Assembly: GCA_012026655.1 (NCBI GenBank)
Contig: JAAILG010000007.1
Coordinates: forward strand, 124,001-188,000
Direction: 5' to 3'
DNA from: Hydrolagus affinis
Taxonomy: Eukaryota
Length of the DNA stretch: 64,000 nucleotides
Below are positions 23,609-34,540 of this stretch, piece by piece; position 1 is the first letter of the stretch, and every line of letters begins with the position of its first letter. The notes below the pieces were generated by a model. It made no database searches. It had not been told where the DNA came from and saw nothing but the letters and a program-made list of their open reading frames with translations. A program made the translations under genes and the position numbers.

Positions 23609-23760
23609 AATAATAATAATAATCCTTGCATTTGATATAGCGCTTTTCATGTCTTCTAGACATCTCAAAGCACTTCACAGAATATACTGTAAAGTGAATT
23701 GATTGTATATTTTGTAAGCGAAATCTGGCAGCCAATTGCGCACAGCAGTGTCCTCACAAA
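23609..23760 (-). mobile_element. tRNA-SINE 3' half
   Basis: (TAA)n + 'ccttgcatttgatatagcgcttttc...gcagccaattgcgcacagcagtgtcc'. Confidence 0.82.
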
Positions 23761-23897
23761 TATTTCGAAGGAAGTCTAGTTCGAAGGCAATCTGCGATGT
23801 TGCCACATTTGCCACTAAAACCAGAGGATCAGCAAAAATCGAGAATAAAACGGTAAAGCGTAATTATTATTGATCTTAATGACATTGTGTGTTTCAG

Positions 23898-24180
23898 AGA
23901 GTACGGCAGCGTTCATGGCCAAAGTTGGCGGTGACCCAATACCAAATGTTAAATGGATGAAAGGCAAATGGAGGCAAGTAAACCATGGTGGAAGGTATAC
24001 TGTGCAACAAAAGGGACAAGATGCCAAACTAGAAATCAAAGACGTGGTGAAATCTGATTCTGGACAGTACAGGTGCATCGCATCGAACAAATCTGGTGAA
24101 CTCGAATGCACTGCAAGCGTTGAGGTTGTGGAGAAGAAAGAACTCATCATTGAAGGTGACCTCAGAGCAAAACTGAAGAA
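23898..24180 (+). CDS. ttn: Titin N2A exon: I80 and start of UN2A
   Basis: cag|KSTAAFMAKVGGDPIPNVKWMKGKWRQ...EGDLRAKLK|gtaag (phase 1 to 2). Confidence 0.96.
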
Positions 24181-24735
24181 GTAAGTGTCTTTGCTCAAGT
24201 TGGATTGTTTTTTGATCTGCTGGGTGTCTGACACACGTGGAAACCCATTGCCATGATTACAAACTAGACCTACAAGTGAAAATCCCAGAGGCATTTGTTG
24301 AGCTGGAATATGCACACTCTCTCCCTGGAGGGACACATAATGCTTATCTAATTCCTGGAAACATTCGTCGTGGGTTGGCAAAAGCTAAGACTTGGAGACC
24401 CCAGAGTGTGCGTTTGGGTTAACTGCTGGAGTCTAAGTCTAACCAACTAAAACCCTTTAGCTTGGCATTGAGAGCGCTGTCTGCAAATGTTCCTGCTGCT
24501 TGTCCAGCTAGGACAACCCTACCTATTAGGGCTTTGATTTGCTGGGTTTAATTTGGTTTCTGGGGGCTATTTGAAGGCTTAAAGATGAGGTGTTCATCTT
24601 AGTACACTTTACTCTTGAATTTTATTTCCGGGAGTTGACGAAGAAAATAATTTTTGTGTAGTGTTGTTTCACATTTTTACAAACTTTAGGTTCAGTGATT
24701 ACATTTACGTTGCTCTGTTATTTTTCTTCTGAAAG

Positions 24736-24919
24736 AACACCTTCCAAACAAAAGGAAGAGGAACCAGACAAGGAGATCGATATTGTTGAACTGCTGAGAA
24801 ATGTGGATCCGAAAGAATACGAGAAATACGCCCGCATGCATGGAATCACTGATTTCCGTGGACTTCTTCAAGCTATGGAACAACTGAAAACAAGTAAAGA
24901 AGATGAGACTCACAGGGTT
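24736..24919 (+). CDS. ttn: Titin N2A unique sequence (UN2A) exon
   Basis: aag|TPSKQKEEE...ELLRNVDPKEYEKYARMHGITDFRGLLQA...THRV|gtaag (phase 2 to 0). Confidence 0.96.
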
Positions 24920-25039
24920 GTAAGTTACCCTCACATTCTTTCTCAAAACACTCGTACCGCATGAATTTTTTTTTAAGTGCAAAAATTTCACTTGATTATT
25001 ACGCTCACCGCTGTCATTCACCGGCTGTGTTTTCTGCAG

Positions 25040-25123
25040 GAGATCGAAACGCGTGAGCGACCTGCAGAAGAGGAATTTGATGAACTCATCCATTATATTC
25101 AGCAAAAAATACAGAATGTTGAG
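25040..25123 (+). CDS. ttn: Titin UN2A C-terminal exon (84 nt)
   Basis: cag|EIETRERPAEEEFDELIHYIQQKIQNVE|gtaac (phase 0). Confidence 0.93.
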
Positions 25124-25230
25124 GTAACATGGGTCTGTTTGATGCTTAAATAGCAAACAGCAATGAGCTATATCCACGTGGTTCTGTTTGAAACCTAACG
25201 TTGATGGGTTTTTTTTCCTTCTCTGTCCAG

Positions 25231-25498
25231 CCCGTTGAACTGATCAAGGATATTGAAGATCAAACAGTACGCACAAAAGTGGATGCCATGTTTGAATGCA
25301 TCATAAAGATAAATTACCCGGAAATCAAGCTGTCCTGGTATAAAGGGACCAAAAAGTTGGAATCAAATGACAAGTATGAGATTACCGTGGATGGTGACAT
25401 TCATCGCTTAACGGTCAAAAGCTGTGAATTCAACGATCAAAGCAACATCCGCCTTGTCTGTGGCCCACACATCTCAAGTGCTAAACTAACCGTTGTTG
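25231..25498 (+). CDS. ttn: Titin N2A I81 exon
   Basis: cag|PVELIKDIEDQTV...INYPEIKLSWYKG...CGPHISSAKLTVV|gtaag. Confidence 0.96.
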
Positions 25499-25620
25499 GT
25501 AAGCAGCTCTTAATATAATAATAATTATACTCTTGCGTTGTTAACACTGCGCAAAATATTCCTTGGAAATTATTTTCCCCGTTACTCATGGGATGTCTTT
25601 GGATTTGCTTGTGTCCCCAG

Positions 25621-25881
25621 AACCCATTGTTGAACAACATCTTGAACATCTTTCTGGCAAGGAAGGACAGATCTGTATCATGGTCTGCCAGTTCTCTCTC
25701 CCAAACCTGAAAACCGAATGGTTTAAAAATGGTCGGCAGATCGAGGGACGAGGCAGATATTCAATCCACGTTTCAAACAAAACACAAAAACTGACTATCA
25801 GCGATGTAAAACCCGAAGATCAGGGTAGATTTACCTGCAAGTTTGAACATCTTGAGACATCTGCTGACCTGAGGGTAGAAG
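25621..25881 (+). CDS. ttn: Titin N2A I82 exon
   Basis: cag|EPIVEQHLE..KEGQIC...LETSADLRVE|gtacg. Confidence 0.96.
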
Positions 25882-25977
25882 GTACGTAGTTCTCAGAATA
25901 TTATCTCTGTCCACTTGGATTTGTTGCTGATCAACTGTTGGCAGAGAAGCTAACTTTCCTGTCCTTCTTTCCTGAAG

Positions 25978-26187
25978 CTGAACCGATTGAGTTCACAAAG
26001 GCAATCCAGGATATCGTAGTGAATGAACACGAGTCGGCCACGTTCGAATGTGAAGTGTCTTTTGACGATGCAATAGTAACCTGGTACAAAGACACAATGG
26101 AACTTCGAGAGAGTCCAAAATACAGCTTCAGAAGAACTGGCCGCCATCATTTTATGACTATCCACAATGTTGCCGCTGAAGATGAAG
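25978..26187 (+). CDS. ttn: Titin N2A I83 exon, N-terminal part
   Basis: aag|AEPIEFTK...FECEVSFDDAIVTWYK...EDE|gtacg. Confidence 0.95.
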
Positions 26188-26306
26188 GTACGCTCAGTGC
26201 AGACGCCAAATGTGTTTCTTCTTTTCTACTGCCGCAAAAATTAATTGTCTGCTCCTGAAACAAAAGTGTTTTAATATAAAAGAAATTATAATATTTTATT
26301 TTTCAG

Positions 26307-26384
26307 GTGTCTATTCAGTAATTGCTCAACTTGAGCCAAGAGGTGAGGCTAAAAGTACTGCAGAGCTCTATGTATCGAGCAAAG
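26307..26384 (+). CDS. ttn: Titin N2A I83 exon, C-terminal part (78 nt)
   Basis: cag|GVYSVIAQLEPRGEAKSTAELYVSSK|gtggg. Confidence 0.95.
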
Positions 26385-26490
26385 GTGGGTATGTGTGGAA
26401 TGAATGAACCTCTTAATTATAATTTGAAAATGCTTTAATGATCGTTTCCTTCTATTGGTTTTCATTAACATTAAAATCTATTAATTATAG

Positions 26491-26517
26491 ATGTCGTCTT
26501 GCAGCCAATGGAACCTG
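26491..26517 (+). CDS. ttn: Titin 27-nt micro-exon at N2A/PEVK junction
   Basis: tag|DVVLQPMEP|gtgagt, phase 1, strong donor. Confidence 0.8.
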
Positions 26518-26677
26518 GTGAGTATAGCGTTAAGTGGTAGCCTTAAGAGCCTATTGCCCCCTGTTCAAAATACTTTAATAGTGCAACAAAAAGTACAGGC
26601 CACAAGGTTTTGTTTAGGAGTAGTAAAACCTTAGGACGAACATTCTTTTGAGCATTTTGTACATCACCTATTACGAT

Positions 26678-27000
26678 CCTGGAGGCGTGGAGCCCAGTGG
26701 TTAGAGCACTCGCCTCACAAGCGAAAGACCTGGTTTAGATTCCCAGGAGGGAAAAAATATTAATTTTTCTGAACTAAAAATACAAGTTTCCTTACTCCAC
26801 ACACCTTATGAGAATCCCTCAATAACAATGTGCTCACTCAATCTATGACTGTTTGTGGGACACCGCTGTGCGCAATTGGCTGCATTCCGCCCACAAATAA
26901 ACAGTCAATTCCCTTTACAGTATATTCTGTGAAGTACTTGGAGACGCTTCACAGAAGACATGAAAATCGCTGTTTTAAATGCAAGGATTATTATTATATT
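26678..27000 (+). mobile_element. tRNA-derived SINE (chondrichthyan SINE2-type)
   Basis: A-box-like 'agcccagtggttagagcac', Deu-like core 'ctgtttgtgggacaccgctgtgcgcaattggctgc', (ATT)n tail. Confidence 0.85.
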
Positions 27001-27547
27001 AGCATTAGTATTATTATTATCCTCGCCACCAAAGGGATTTCCTTATGACGCACAACTGAATTTTTAATCCCGTGGTGTTAGAATATGTTTCTACATAATA
27101 TGTCAGAAAGTCAGCAAGCATTTTCTCACAATTGCTTCTCAAAAGTAGAACTTTAAAGAACACCATTCTGTATTTTTTTGGTTTGCGCAATCCAATAAAT
27201 AACAATGTTAAGGATTTGACCTTTAGCAGCAAAAACCTGACTGTGCGAGTGAAAATTCATGTTTCTATTCATGTGAATGAAACAGTGAATAATTAGGTAA
27301 CCCACTGCATTATCTTGCAACATGCTGGTACCAATCACATAATGCTGTGAGTTAATTGGGATTACCAACTCTCTAATCCATGCAGTGCATCTCTCCAAGA
27401 CTTAACTTTGAAATGTGTTAGTAGAGAGTGTAGAATCTGCAAAGGGCCCCTAATTAATTGAACATTGTTAGTATTTTTTTATACTGCTCGTTTTGCTATA
27501 TGTAGAATGCATTTTTGCAAATGGAGCAATTGAAGGGTGCACAATAA

Positions 27548-27720
27548 TAATGAAAATAATAATAATAATCCTTGCATGCGATATAGCACTTTTTTACGTC
27601 TTATAGATGTCTCAAAGCGCTTCACAGAATATACTGTAACGTGACTTGACTGTATATTTGTGGGTGAAACGCGGCAGCCAATTGTGCACAGCAGCGTCCC
27701 ACAAACAGTCGTGGATTGAA
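27548..27720 (-). mobile_element. tRNA-SINE 3' half
   Basis: Reverse complement of SINE core and tail. Confidence 0.82.
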
Positions 27721-28755
27721 ATGAGAAATTAGGTGAGAGAGAGGGGAGAGAATTAGTGGAGAAAAAAATTAGCTAAAGTTTTACACTGGCCACGCATTCC
27801 TTTATTATAAGGAACACTAAAGGAATAATGGGTCAAATGGCCTCCCTCTGTGCTCTAGGATTCTTTGACTATTCAGCTAACGACCTGAGCCAAGGGAATT
27901 GCGAATCAGTGGGACTATCCATGCTATGTTTGAAAAAGTGGTGTGGAGGGTTTCAGAGGCACAAAAAGAACCATTGAGGATGCAGTCAATTCTTGGATCA
28001 ATTTGACAATCAACATCTTATAGAGGAGGAGGAACTCTAGGGAATTAACTAAGCTATGTTCAAGCCTAGTGGTTTCTCTCAATTTTGCTTTCTGAAAGGA
28101 AAAATGCCATCCTACTTTTAAGATTGAGAAAAATTCATAGCATAACATAGCAAAATGGTAAGACACACTCAAAGAGCCAAGCCGTGTGGTGAAATGCTCA
28201 GCAGAATACTCCATCATTATTCCAGAGGAAAGCACTTCCATTCGGACTTTACCTGGAAACAAATCGAAAGGTTTCTGAAGAGATTCTGGAGAGATTGTTC
28301 AGTCGGGAGTAGATAGAGAGTATAAATTTGAACCCAGGGCGTCTCAGAGGAACCCTGTAAGTTTAAAGAGAGAATTGTATCACATCTCTCAATACTTCCA
28401 ATATGGTTGGAAATTAAAAGAATAGTGTCTGACACGACAATATTTCCCTCAACATGTGGGTCATTTGGCATTGTGAGAATGATCAACTCTGATTGATTCT
28501 GCCTTTTATCTGCCTGAGAAATATGGTCCCATTGCTTCGCATGTTGGTAATGCAGTTCCCATATCCTTGGGATTTAAATAATAATTAAGAACTGCTTTGA
28601 AATTGGTCCTCATCGTAAGTATATCACCTCGATCACTTTATTATATGTACTAAACTCCTAGAAGACTGCAGCCTGATGTTTCTGTAATTATATTCTATCT
28701 CTGGATTGTTCGGGATTAGTTGACATAAAATAATTAAGGCTTTTCTATTCTGCAG

Positions 28756-28794
28756 ATGTTCCTGATATTGGAATTTCAACTGAAACAGTACAAG
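28756..28794 (+). CDS. ttn: Titin proximal PEVK micro-exon (39 nt)
   Basis: polypyrimidine-cag|DVPDIGISTETVQ|gtaaag, phase 1. Confidence 0.75.
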
Positions 28795-29058
28795 GTAAAG
28801 ACTCTTAACCTTTGTGTTGAAAATTCTGTAAAATTAATGTTTTGCTAAAATAGTTTGGGGTCAAATAAATCCACAACTTTTAGTAATTACTGTTTATTAG
28901 TCTGAATAATTTGATGTGCCGAATTAATTCATTGACTTATATAATTTGTCAGATGACTATCTGAGATATCTTGGGGACCCATTTATTTTGAATTATATAA
29001 ATTGAAAGCTCTATCTTAATTTGCTATTCATACTTCTGTGTTCGTCCCTATTTTGCAG

Positions 29059-29085
29059 TAGAACAAAAACGCATAAAAGAAGAAG
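29059..29085 (+). CDS. ttn: Titin proximal PEVK micro-exon (27 nt; NAGNAG acceptor)
   Basis: ttttgcag|VEQKRIKEE|gtagg; CAGTAG tandem acceptor. Confidence 0.7.
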
Positions 29086-29434
29086 GTAGGTTACGTTTGT
29101 GCTAAACTCCAGAGCTAAGTATAAAAATGCAGTAAACCAATGAGATGCACCCAACCCTCCTCTACTTAATAAATATTTCATAAAATAGTGTATCTGAAAT
29201 AAATTTTCTTAGCAAAACAAAAACTAATGTCCTTCATGCTAAAAATATCATAATATGCTTCATCATTCTCATTTATCATAATGTAATATTTACATAATAA
29301 TATAATTGGTGGAACACATTACGTTTCTTGCAACAAATGCATACTTTTTTCTTGATTGTAATGCTTGGCTTGTTTCCTTTTGAAATAAAATCTGCTGCTG
29401 GACTTAAACTAATAATATATGAATATTTCAATAG

Positions 29435-29521
29435 TTACAACATATCATGAAGAGATATATGAAGAGACACATGAAGAGTTTTTCTATGAAACACATGAAG
29501 AGGAGATCACAGAAATCAAAG
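29435..29521 (+). CDS. ttn: Titin PEVK E-rich exon (87 nt)
   Basis: tag|VTTYHEEIYEETHEEFFYETHEEEITEIK|gtaca. Confidence 0.82.
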
Positions 29522-29820
29522 GTACAAATTTTGCTTGTAAATCAATGCTTGTTTGAGATGCGTTAAACATGAAAAAATAACAAGTGAACGAAGGGGTATC
29601 AGTAATCACTCCCAAAACAATTGAAGCAATGACATTTTCACCAGTTTCTCACATGGTCTCGATAGCAGGGGGACCATGCATTCTGCCACTAGTCTGTAAA
29701 TACCAGGAGTATCTGTAGGTCAGATCTGTGATCAGTGCTGAGTTTAGCCATGGAAGTAGTTAAGACCATTCTTCTGTACTAGGGAGAGGGTAGGCAATTG
29801 CTTGGGTTCCCACATCCATA

Positions 29821-30230
29821 GGAGCTCCTGTAGCCCAGTGGTTAGAGCACTCACCTTACTCAACACTTATAAGCTCTCACAGTCCCACAGTTATAAGAGG
29901 AGTTAGTTGTGGAGTTAGTTATGGAGTCCTGTAGCTCAATGGTTAGAGCACTCGCCTTGCAAGCATGAGACCTGTGCTTCGAATCCAGGCAGGTCAGGGC
30001 GAAACCTTGGGCAAGTTTCCTTCTTCCACACGCCTAATAATAATCCCTCCAAAAACCACAATAATAAAATTGGTAATTTCAATCCACGACTGTTTGTGGG
30101 ACACTGCTGTGTGTAATTGGCTGCCACGTTTTGCCCACAAATATACAGTCAATTCGCTTTACAGTATATTCTGTGAAGCGCTTTGAGTCGTCAATAAGGT
30201 GATAAGATGTGAAAGGATTATTATTATTAT
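29821..30230 (+). mobile_element. tRNA-SINE with abortive extra head and 65-nt 5' leader
   Basis: A box 'tagctcaatggttagagc', B box 'ttcgaatcc', core, (ATT)n tail; head starts ~29923. Confidence 0.87.
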
Positions 30231-30578
30231 CTGGTTATGCTGTGGTGGCTCATGTTTAGAAAGTATTCAGGCAACGACAGGATCAAACCAAAGCAGTATC
30301 GTTCCCCTCCACGAGCCTCCCCCTTTGCCATTGCATTGAAAACATATCCTATTTCAGCAGGCTTCATTCACATTTTGACATATTTCTAAATATGTTTCGT
30401 GATGCCACCTTGCGTGAAGGATGTTATATAAATGCAAGCTGTTGTTGTAAATATTGTATGTATTGCATCTCAATGCTTTTTGGACCATGGTATATTGGCT
30501 GCAAGGATACGTTCTCATTGCTTTCTTACTGAATTAACAATGCGTTAACTTAAACATTATTCTTTAACATTCCTAAAG

Positions 30579-30647
30579 CTCCCAAGAAGCCTGTATCTAG
30601 ACAGACTGCCCATGCTATTGTTGAAGAAGAAATTTCTACAACCAAAG
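30579..30647 (+). CDS. ttn: Titin PEVK exon with shifted acceptor (69 nt)
   Basis: aaag|APKKPVSRQTAHAIVEEEISTTK|gtaca; ancestral acceptor position (30569) reads ACA. Confidence 0.65.
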
Positions 30648-31319
30648 GTACAGATAGCAAGGCACCTTTGCTTTTTTTTTACCTCTGACAAGTCAAATTC
30701 TTGTTGCCCATAACAAGGTTATTTTTTTAAATGTAATGTACAGTTGCTTGTTTAAATCATTGCTTAATTGTTTAGTTCAGTATCTTTTTCTTTGCCCTTG
30801 TGTTACACAAACTTGTGTCTTTTTGCATTTGTCTATGTTGTTGGACGTCTATTGTTTCATTGTTGAAGAAACTTTGATCCTAATCAATTCATTTGTATGC
30901 AACATATTCTTAAACGTTTTGCCGTTGAGGATTTCATACAGAGCTTTTACATTTTAAGCTGTTAGTTTGACTTTGCTATTCCAGTCGCACTAATTGCAAT
31001 AACCAGTCTAGACTAGAGTTACTTTTATTCTCCGTATCCTTATGCTTTATACCTTCAAATAGTAATTGTATTCTGATTCATTTGGCGATATTATCGATTG
31101 TCAATTCTGGAAACACAATGAAATTACATTAAAATCAGCATCAAATATCAGCTCCACCAAACTGTATTTATTTAACAATGTTTTTGTTTCCATGCTCGGC
31201 TTTTAGACGTAATTTAGGTAAATTGAGAATATTGTGTTTCTGATATACATTGTTAAAGATGTGTAAGTGTCTTCAATATGTAGCCTCTTCATTAGTTAAT
31301 AATAATAATATCTTTACAG

Positions 31320-31409
31320 TGTCTCAAATTAGCAGCAGGACTGGAAAACTACCAGAAAAACTTCCTACAGATAAAGTTCCTATTACAGAGGAGATCATGG
31401 CACAAAGAG
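31320..31409 (+). CDS. ttn: Titin PEVK exon (90 nt)
   Basis: tctttacag|VSQISSRTGKLPEKLPTDKVPITEEIMAQR|gtata. Confidence 0.75.
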
Positions 31410-31612
31410 GTATAATGTGCTTTCAGATTGCCTTACAACAAAGCTCCCTCTGTTAATATTATCATTGGCTTCATTTTATTCCTCTGGTAGCAACTGCTAA
31501 TTGTGTTGTACTGGCCTTGCCTTCTGTTTTGTCTGCCTTTGTGAACAAATGTAATCCTTGCTTATTGTGTGTGTTTGTTTTTATCAAGTACAGGCATATT
31601 GATAAAAAGAAA

Positions 31613-32001
31613 ACTCAACACTTATAAACCCTCACAGTCCCACAGTTATTAGAGGAGTTAGTTGTGGAGTTAGTTATAGAGTCCTGAAGCTCAATGGTTA
31701 GAGCATTCGCTTTACAAGCGTGAGACCTGTGTTCGAATCCAGGCTGGTCAGGGCGAAACCTTGGGCACGTTTCCTTACTCCACACGCCTAATAAAAATCC
31801 TTCCAAAAGAACACAATAATAAAATTGATCATTTCAATCCATGACTGTTTGTAGGACACTGCCGTGTGCAATTGGCTGCTGTGTTTCGCCCACAAATATA
31901 CAGTCACTTCACTTTAAAGTATATTCCGTGAAGCGCTTTGAGACGTCTAGAAGATGTGAAAAAGCGCTATATCAACTGCAAGGATTATTATTATTATTAT
32001 T
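31613..32001 (+). mobile_element. tRNA-SINE with 65-nt 5' leader
   Basis: Leader then 'gtcctgaagctcaatggttagagc...gttcgaatcc', core and (ATT)n tail. Confidence 0.88.
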
Positions 32002-32359
32002 AGGTCAAACATCATTTGTAGATCATCATTGGGGTCAGAGGTTTTTTTGAGTGGGGAAAGACCGCTTCGGACAATAAAAAAAATAACATTTCAAAAGAAA
32101 GTGTCCATTTGGCCCATTTGATTTCATCCTTAGCCTAAAAGAACTGGGTTGTCCCATTAATTCATCTTACTCTTGGGAATACCAATTTTCTATCTTGCTG
32201 TGGCAATGTATATGATGTTATTACGTACTTCTTTTAAGAGCAAAAATAGTCTGTGTTTTGCTTGAAACAGAAGTCTTTTTCATCCAATGGGCTGTTTTCA
32301 TTTTTGATTGACAAGGATAAGCTTGACTTGAAATTTAAAACTTAAAATGCTCTTTGCAG

Positions 32360-32437
32360 TGTCAGAATTGCGTGAGGAACGAATTCTTGAAGAACATATA
32401 AGCATTTCAAGAGAAGAAGAGATTGTTGCAATAACAG
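32360..32437 (+). CDS. ttn: Titin PEVK E-rich exon (78 nt)
   Basis: tctttgcag|VSELREERILEEHISISREEEIVAIT|gtatt. Confidence 0.8.
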
Positions 32438-33196
32438 GTATTAAAATAACAACTCAATCTGAATATATCTTTAGGTAAATATTTCTCTTAATAAATATGC
32501 TGTTGTCCGTCCTTTAAAAATGTTTTGAGTGTTCAAATCCGTCTTTAAAAATAATATTGCTGCATTATTTAATTGTATAGTGCAACTATTTTGTATGTTT
32601 ATTGACTGTTTATTTCTGCTTCACTTAAAATGTTTGCTTTTACTCTAATGCTGAGGAACCATCAAAATATACAGTGGTTCAATGTCATGAAGTAAGCAGG
32701 GATTTTATATTGTGTTGATTAATGAAAAGAAACTTCAACTTAAATATTTCTGCATAGCAAGTATTTTTTCCTGAAAATATATTTCAAACCTAAATAAATG
32801 CCAGAGAATAAATGCCAGGCTAAATTAAAGATGAGAGACAGGCAGGATATCGCTTAAGCAATGAGAGGTTGTTTGGAATAAAACGTTTCACATTAGATGA
32901 TGATTCGCATCGGGCGGAGTGCCTTCTGCCCCAAATCTCCTGAACTTTCTCCCTCAATCCTCTCTTCCCTCAATCCCTCTGCCTTGCCCCCTTCTTCCCC
33001 CCACCACCCAATTTCAAACCCCGCTTAAAGACCTTACTTTTGATTGTTCTTTCAGTCACCTCTTGTTGTTGTTGAATAGCAGCACATAATCCATCCGTTG
33101 GTTGTCTGTTTGCACATTCATGCTGAAATGTTCTCAGTGCATTTAGCGATTGTCGGATTATTTCTCTATAAAAATATGAAACTGTCTTATTTAAAG

Positions 33197-33274
33197 TCCC
33201 GGAGATTCCTCGGAAACCAGTACCTGAAGAAGTGAAACCAGTTCCAACCAAGAAAGAAGTTGCACCTGTGAAAG
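33197..33274 (+). CDS. ttn: Titin PEVK exon (78 nt)
   Basis: ttaaag|VPEIPRKPVPEEVKPVPTKKEVAPVK|gtaca. Confidence 0.88.
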
Positions 33275-33651
33275 GTACAGAAATCAACACATTATTGGTC
33301 AATGCAAACTACATTTTTACCGGTAGTTTTCCTTTGCTGAGTCTTGGAATGCATTTTTGGTTACGTGCTAATCGCATTCTGTGACACTATATATAAGTCT
33401 TTAGTCTTGTGAATTTAACATTTTACACTGGTTGCTGCTGGAAGATATTTTTGAATCTTAAGAAGCTTTTTAAACTAGCAAATGTTATTATCATGAATAT
33501 CTTACGCTTGCTATATGGAAACATTTCTGGTAACCATTGTACTTCAGCGATATATTTTGCGCGCGGAAGAAATTGTCTTGGTGACGAGTCCGCAAAATGC
33601 TTCTGAAGGAAAAGCATTTTTGACTTACAATGCTCACTGCTTCTGGGGAAG

Positions 33652-33682
33652 GTGTGCCTGTGTGTGTGTGTGTGTGTGTGTG
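33652..33682. repeat. (TG)n microsatellite
   Basis: gtgtgcctgtgtgtgtgtgtgtgtgtgtgtg. Confidence 0.9.
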
Positions 33683-33746
33683 AGCTTTGTATAGTGTGAT
33701 TTCCTGTTGGTTTAAATAAATTTTTAATACATATAAATCTTTAAAG

Positions 33747-33812
33747 TGCCAGAGCCGCCAAAGAAACCGGAGCCTGAAATTATTCCAAAGAGAAAAGAAG
33801 TCCAGCCAAAAG
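33747..33812 (+). CDS. ttn: Titin PEVK exon (66 nt)
   Basis: ctttaaag|VPEPPKKPEPEIIPKRKEVQPK|gtaca. Confidence 0.88.
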
Positions 33813-34456
33813 GTACAACTTACACAGTTATGCAGAGCCTATCATTATGTTGCTTTTGGACTTGAAGTGAAACAATAACTAGTCTTCACATTAACTTTCC
33901 AATCCAAACCAGGAGCTTGTCTGTCCCGCTTATTCTACTGTTCGTGAACAGTTGTTGTTCTGTGTCAGTCTTGTTTCAATCTTGTGGTCCTTGTTCATGC
34001 ATTGTACAAGTGCAGATTATGTATGTCACTACAGCAGATATATACATTGTTATATTTTTGTAACACATCAATTAGATTGGAGTCTAGGTATTTTATAGAC
34101 ATTGATTCTAATATCTGTATAAAAAAATACCTACAGTACATTCTGAATCTATTTTTAGTCAACTTTTACAATTTGAATCATGTTAGCTGGAAAAACATGA
34201 AAGACACTAATCAGTGAAAACAATTTCTCTGCTGAAATTTTTTAATATATTCTATTTGATGAAGATTACTGTTGTATCATTGCAAACACATTCCCCCTTT
34301 GGTAAGTTCTTCAAGTTGCCACTTGTACATAAGCAGTCATCTCAGTTTTGAAAGAGGACATGTCTGTCATGCGCATTACCTTGTTGAACAAATGTGTTCA
34401 GTTCTGTATGTTTTCTTCAATGAATCCAATCTTAAAAAAGACTATGTTGCTTTAAG

Positions 34457-34540
34457 TGCCAGAGGTTCCTAAGAAGCCAATTGTTGAAGAACCTAAACCT
34501 GTTAAAGTTGCAAGGAAAGAGGCGGTTGCCCCAGTAGAAG
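34457..34540 (+). CDS. ttn: Titin PEVK exon (84 nt)
   Basis: VPEVPKKPIVEEPKPVKVARKEAVAPVE, AG/GT phase 1. Confidence 0.88.

Noticed and set aside
32645-32697. Possible extra micro-exon ending at 'catgaa|gtaagc'
   Set aside because: Good donor, but no convincing acceptor or PEVK-like, frame-preserving translation.
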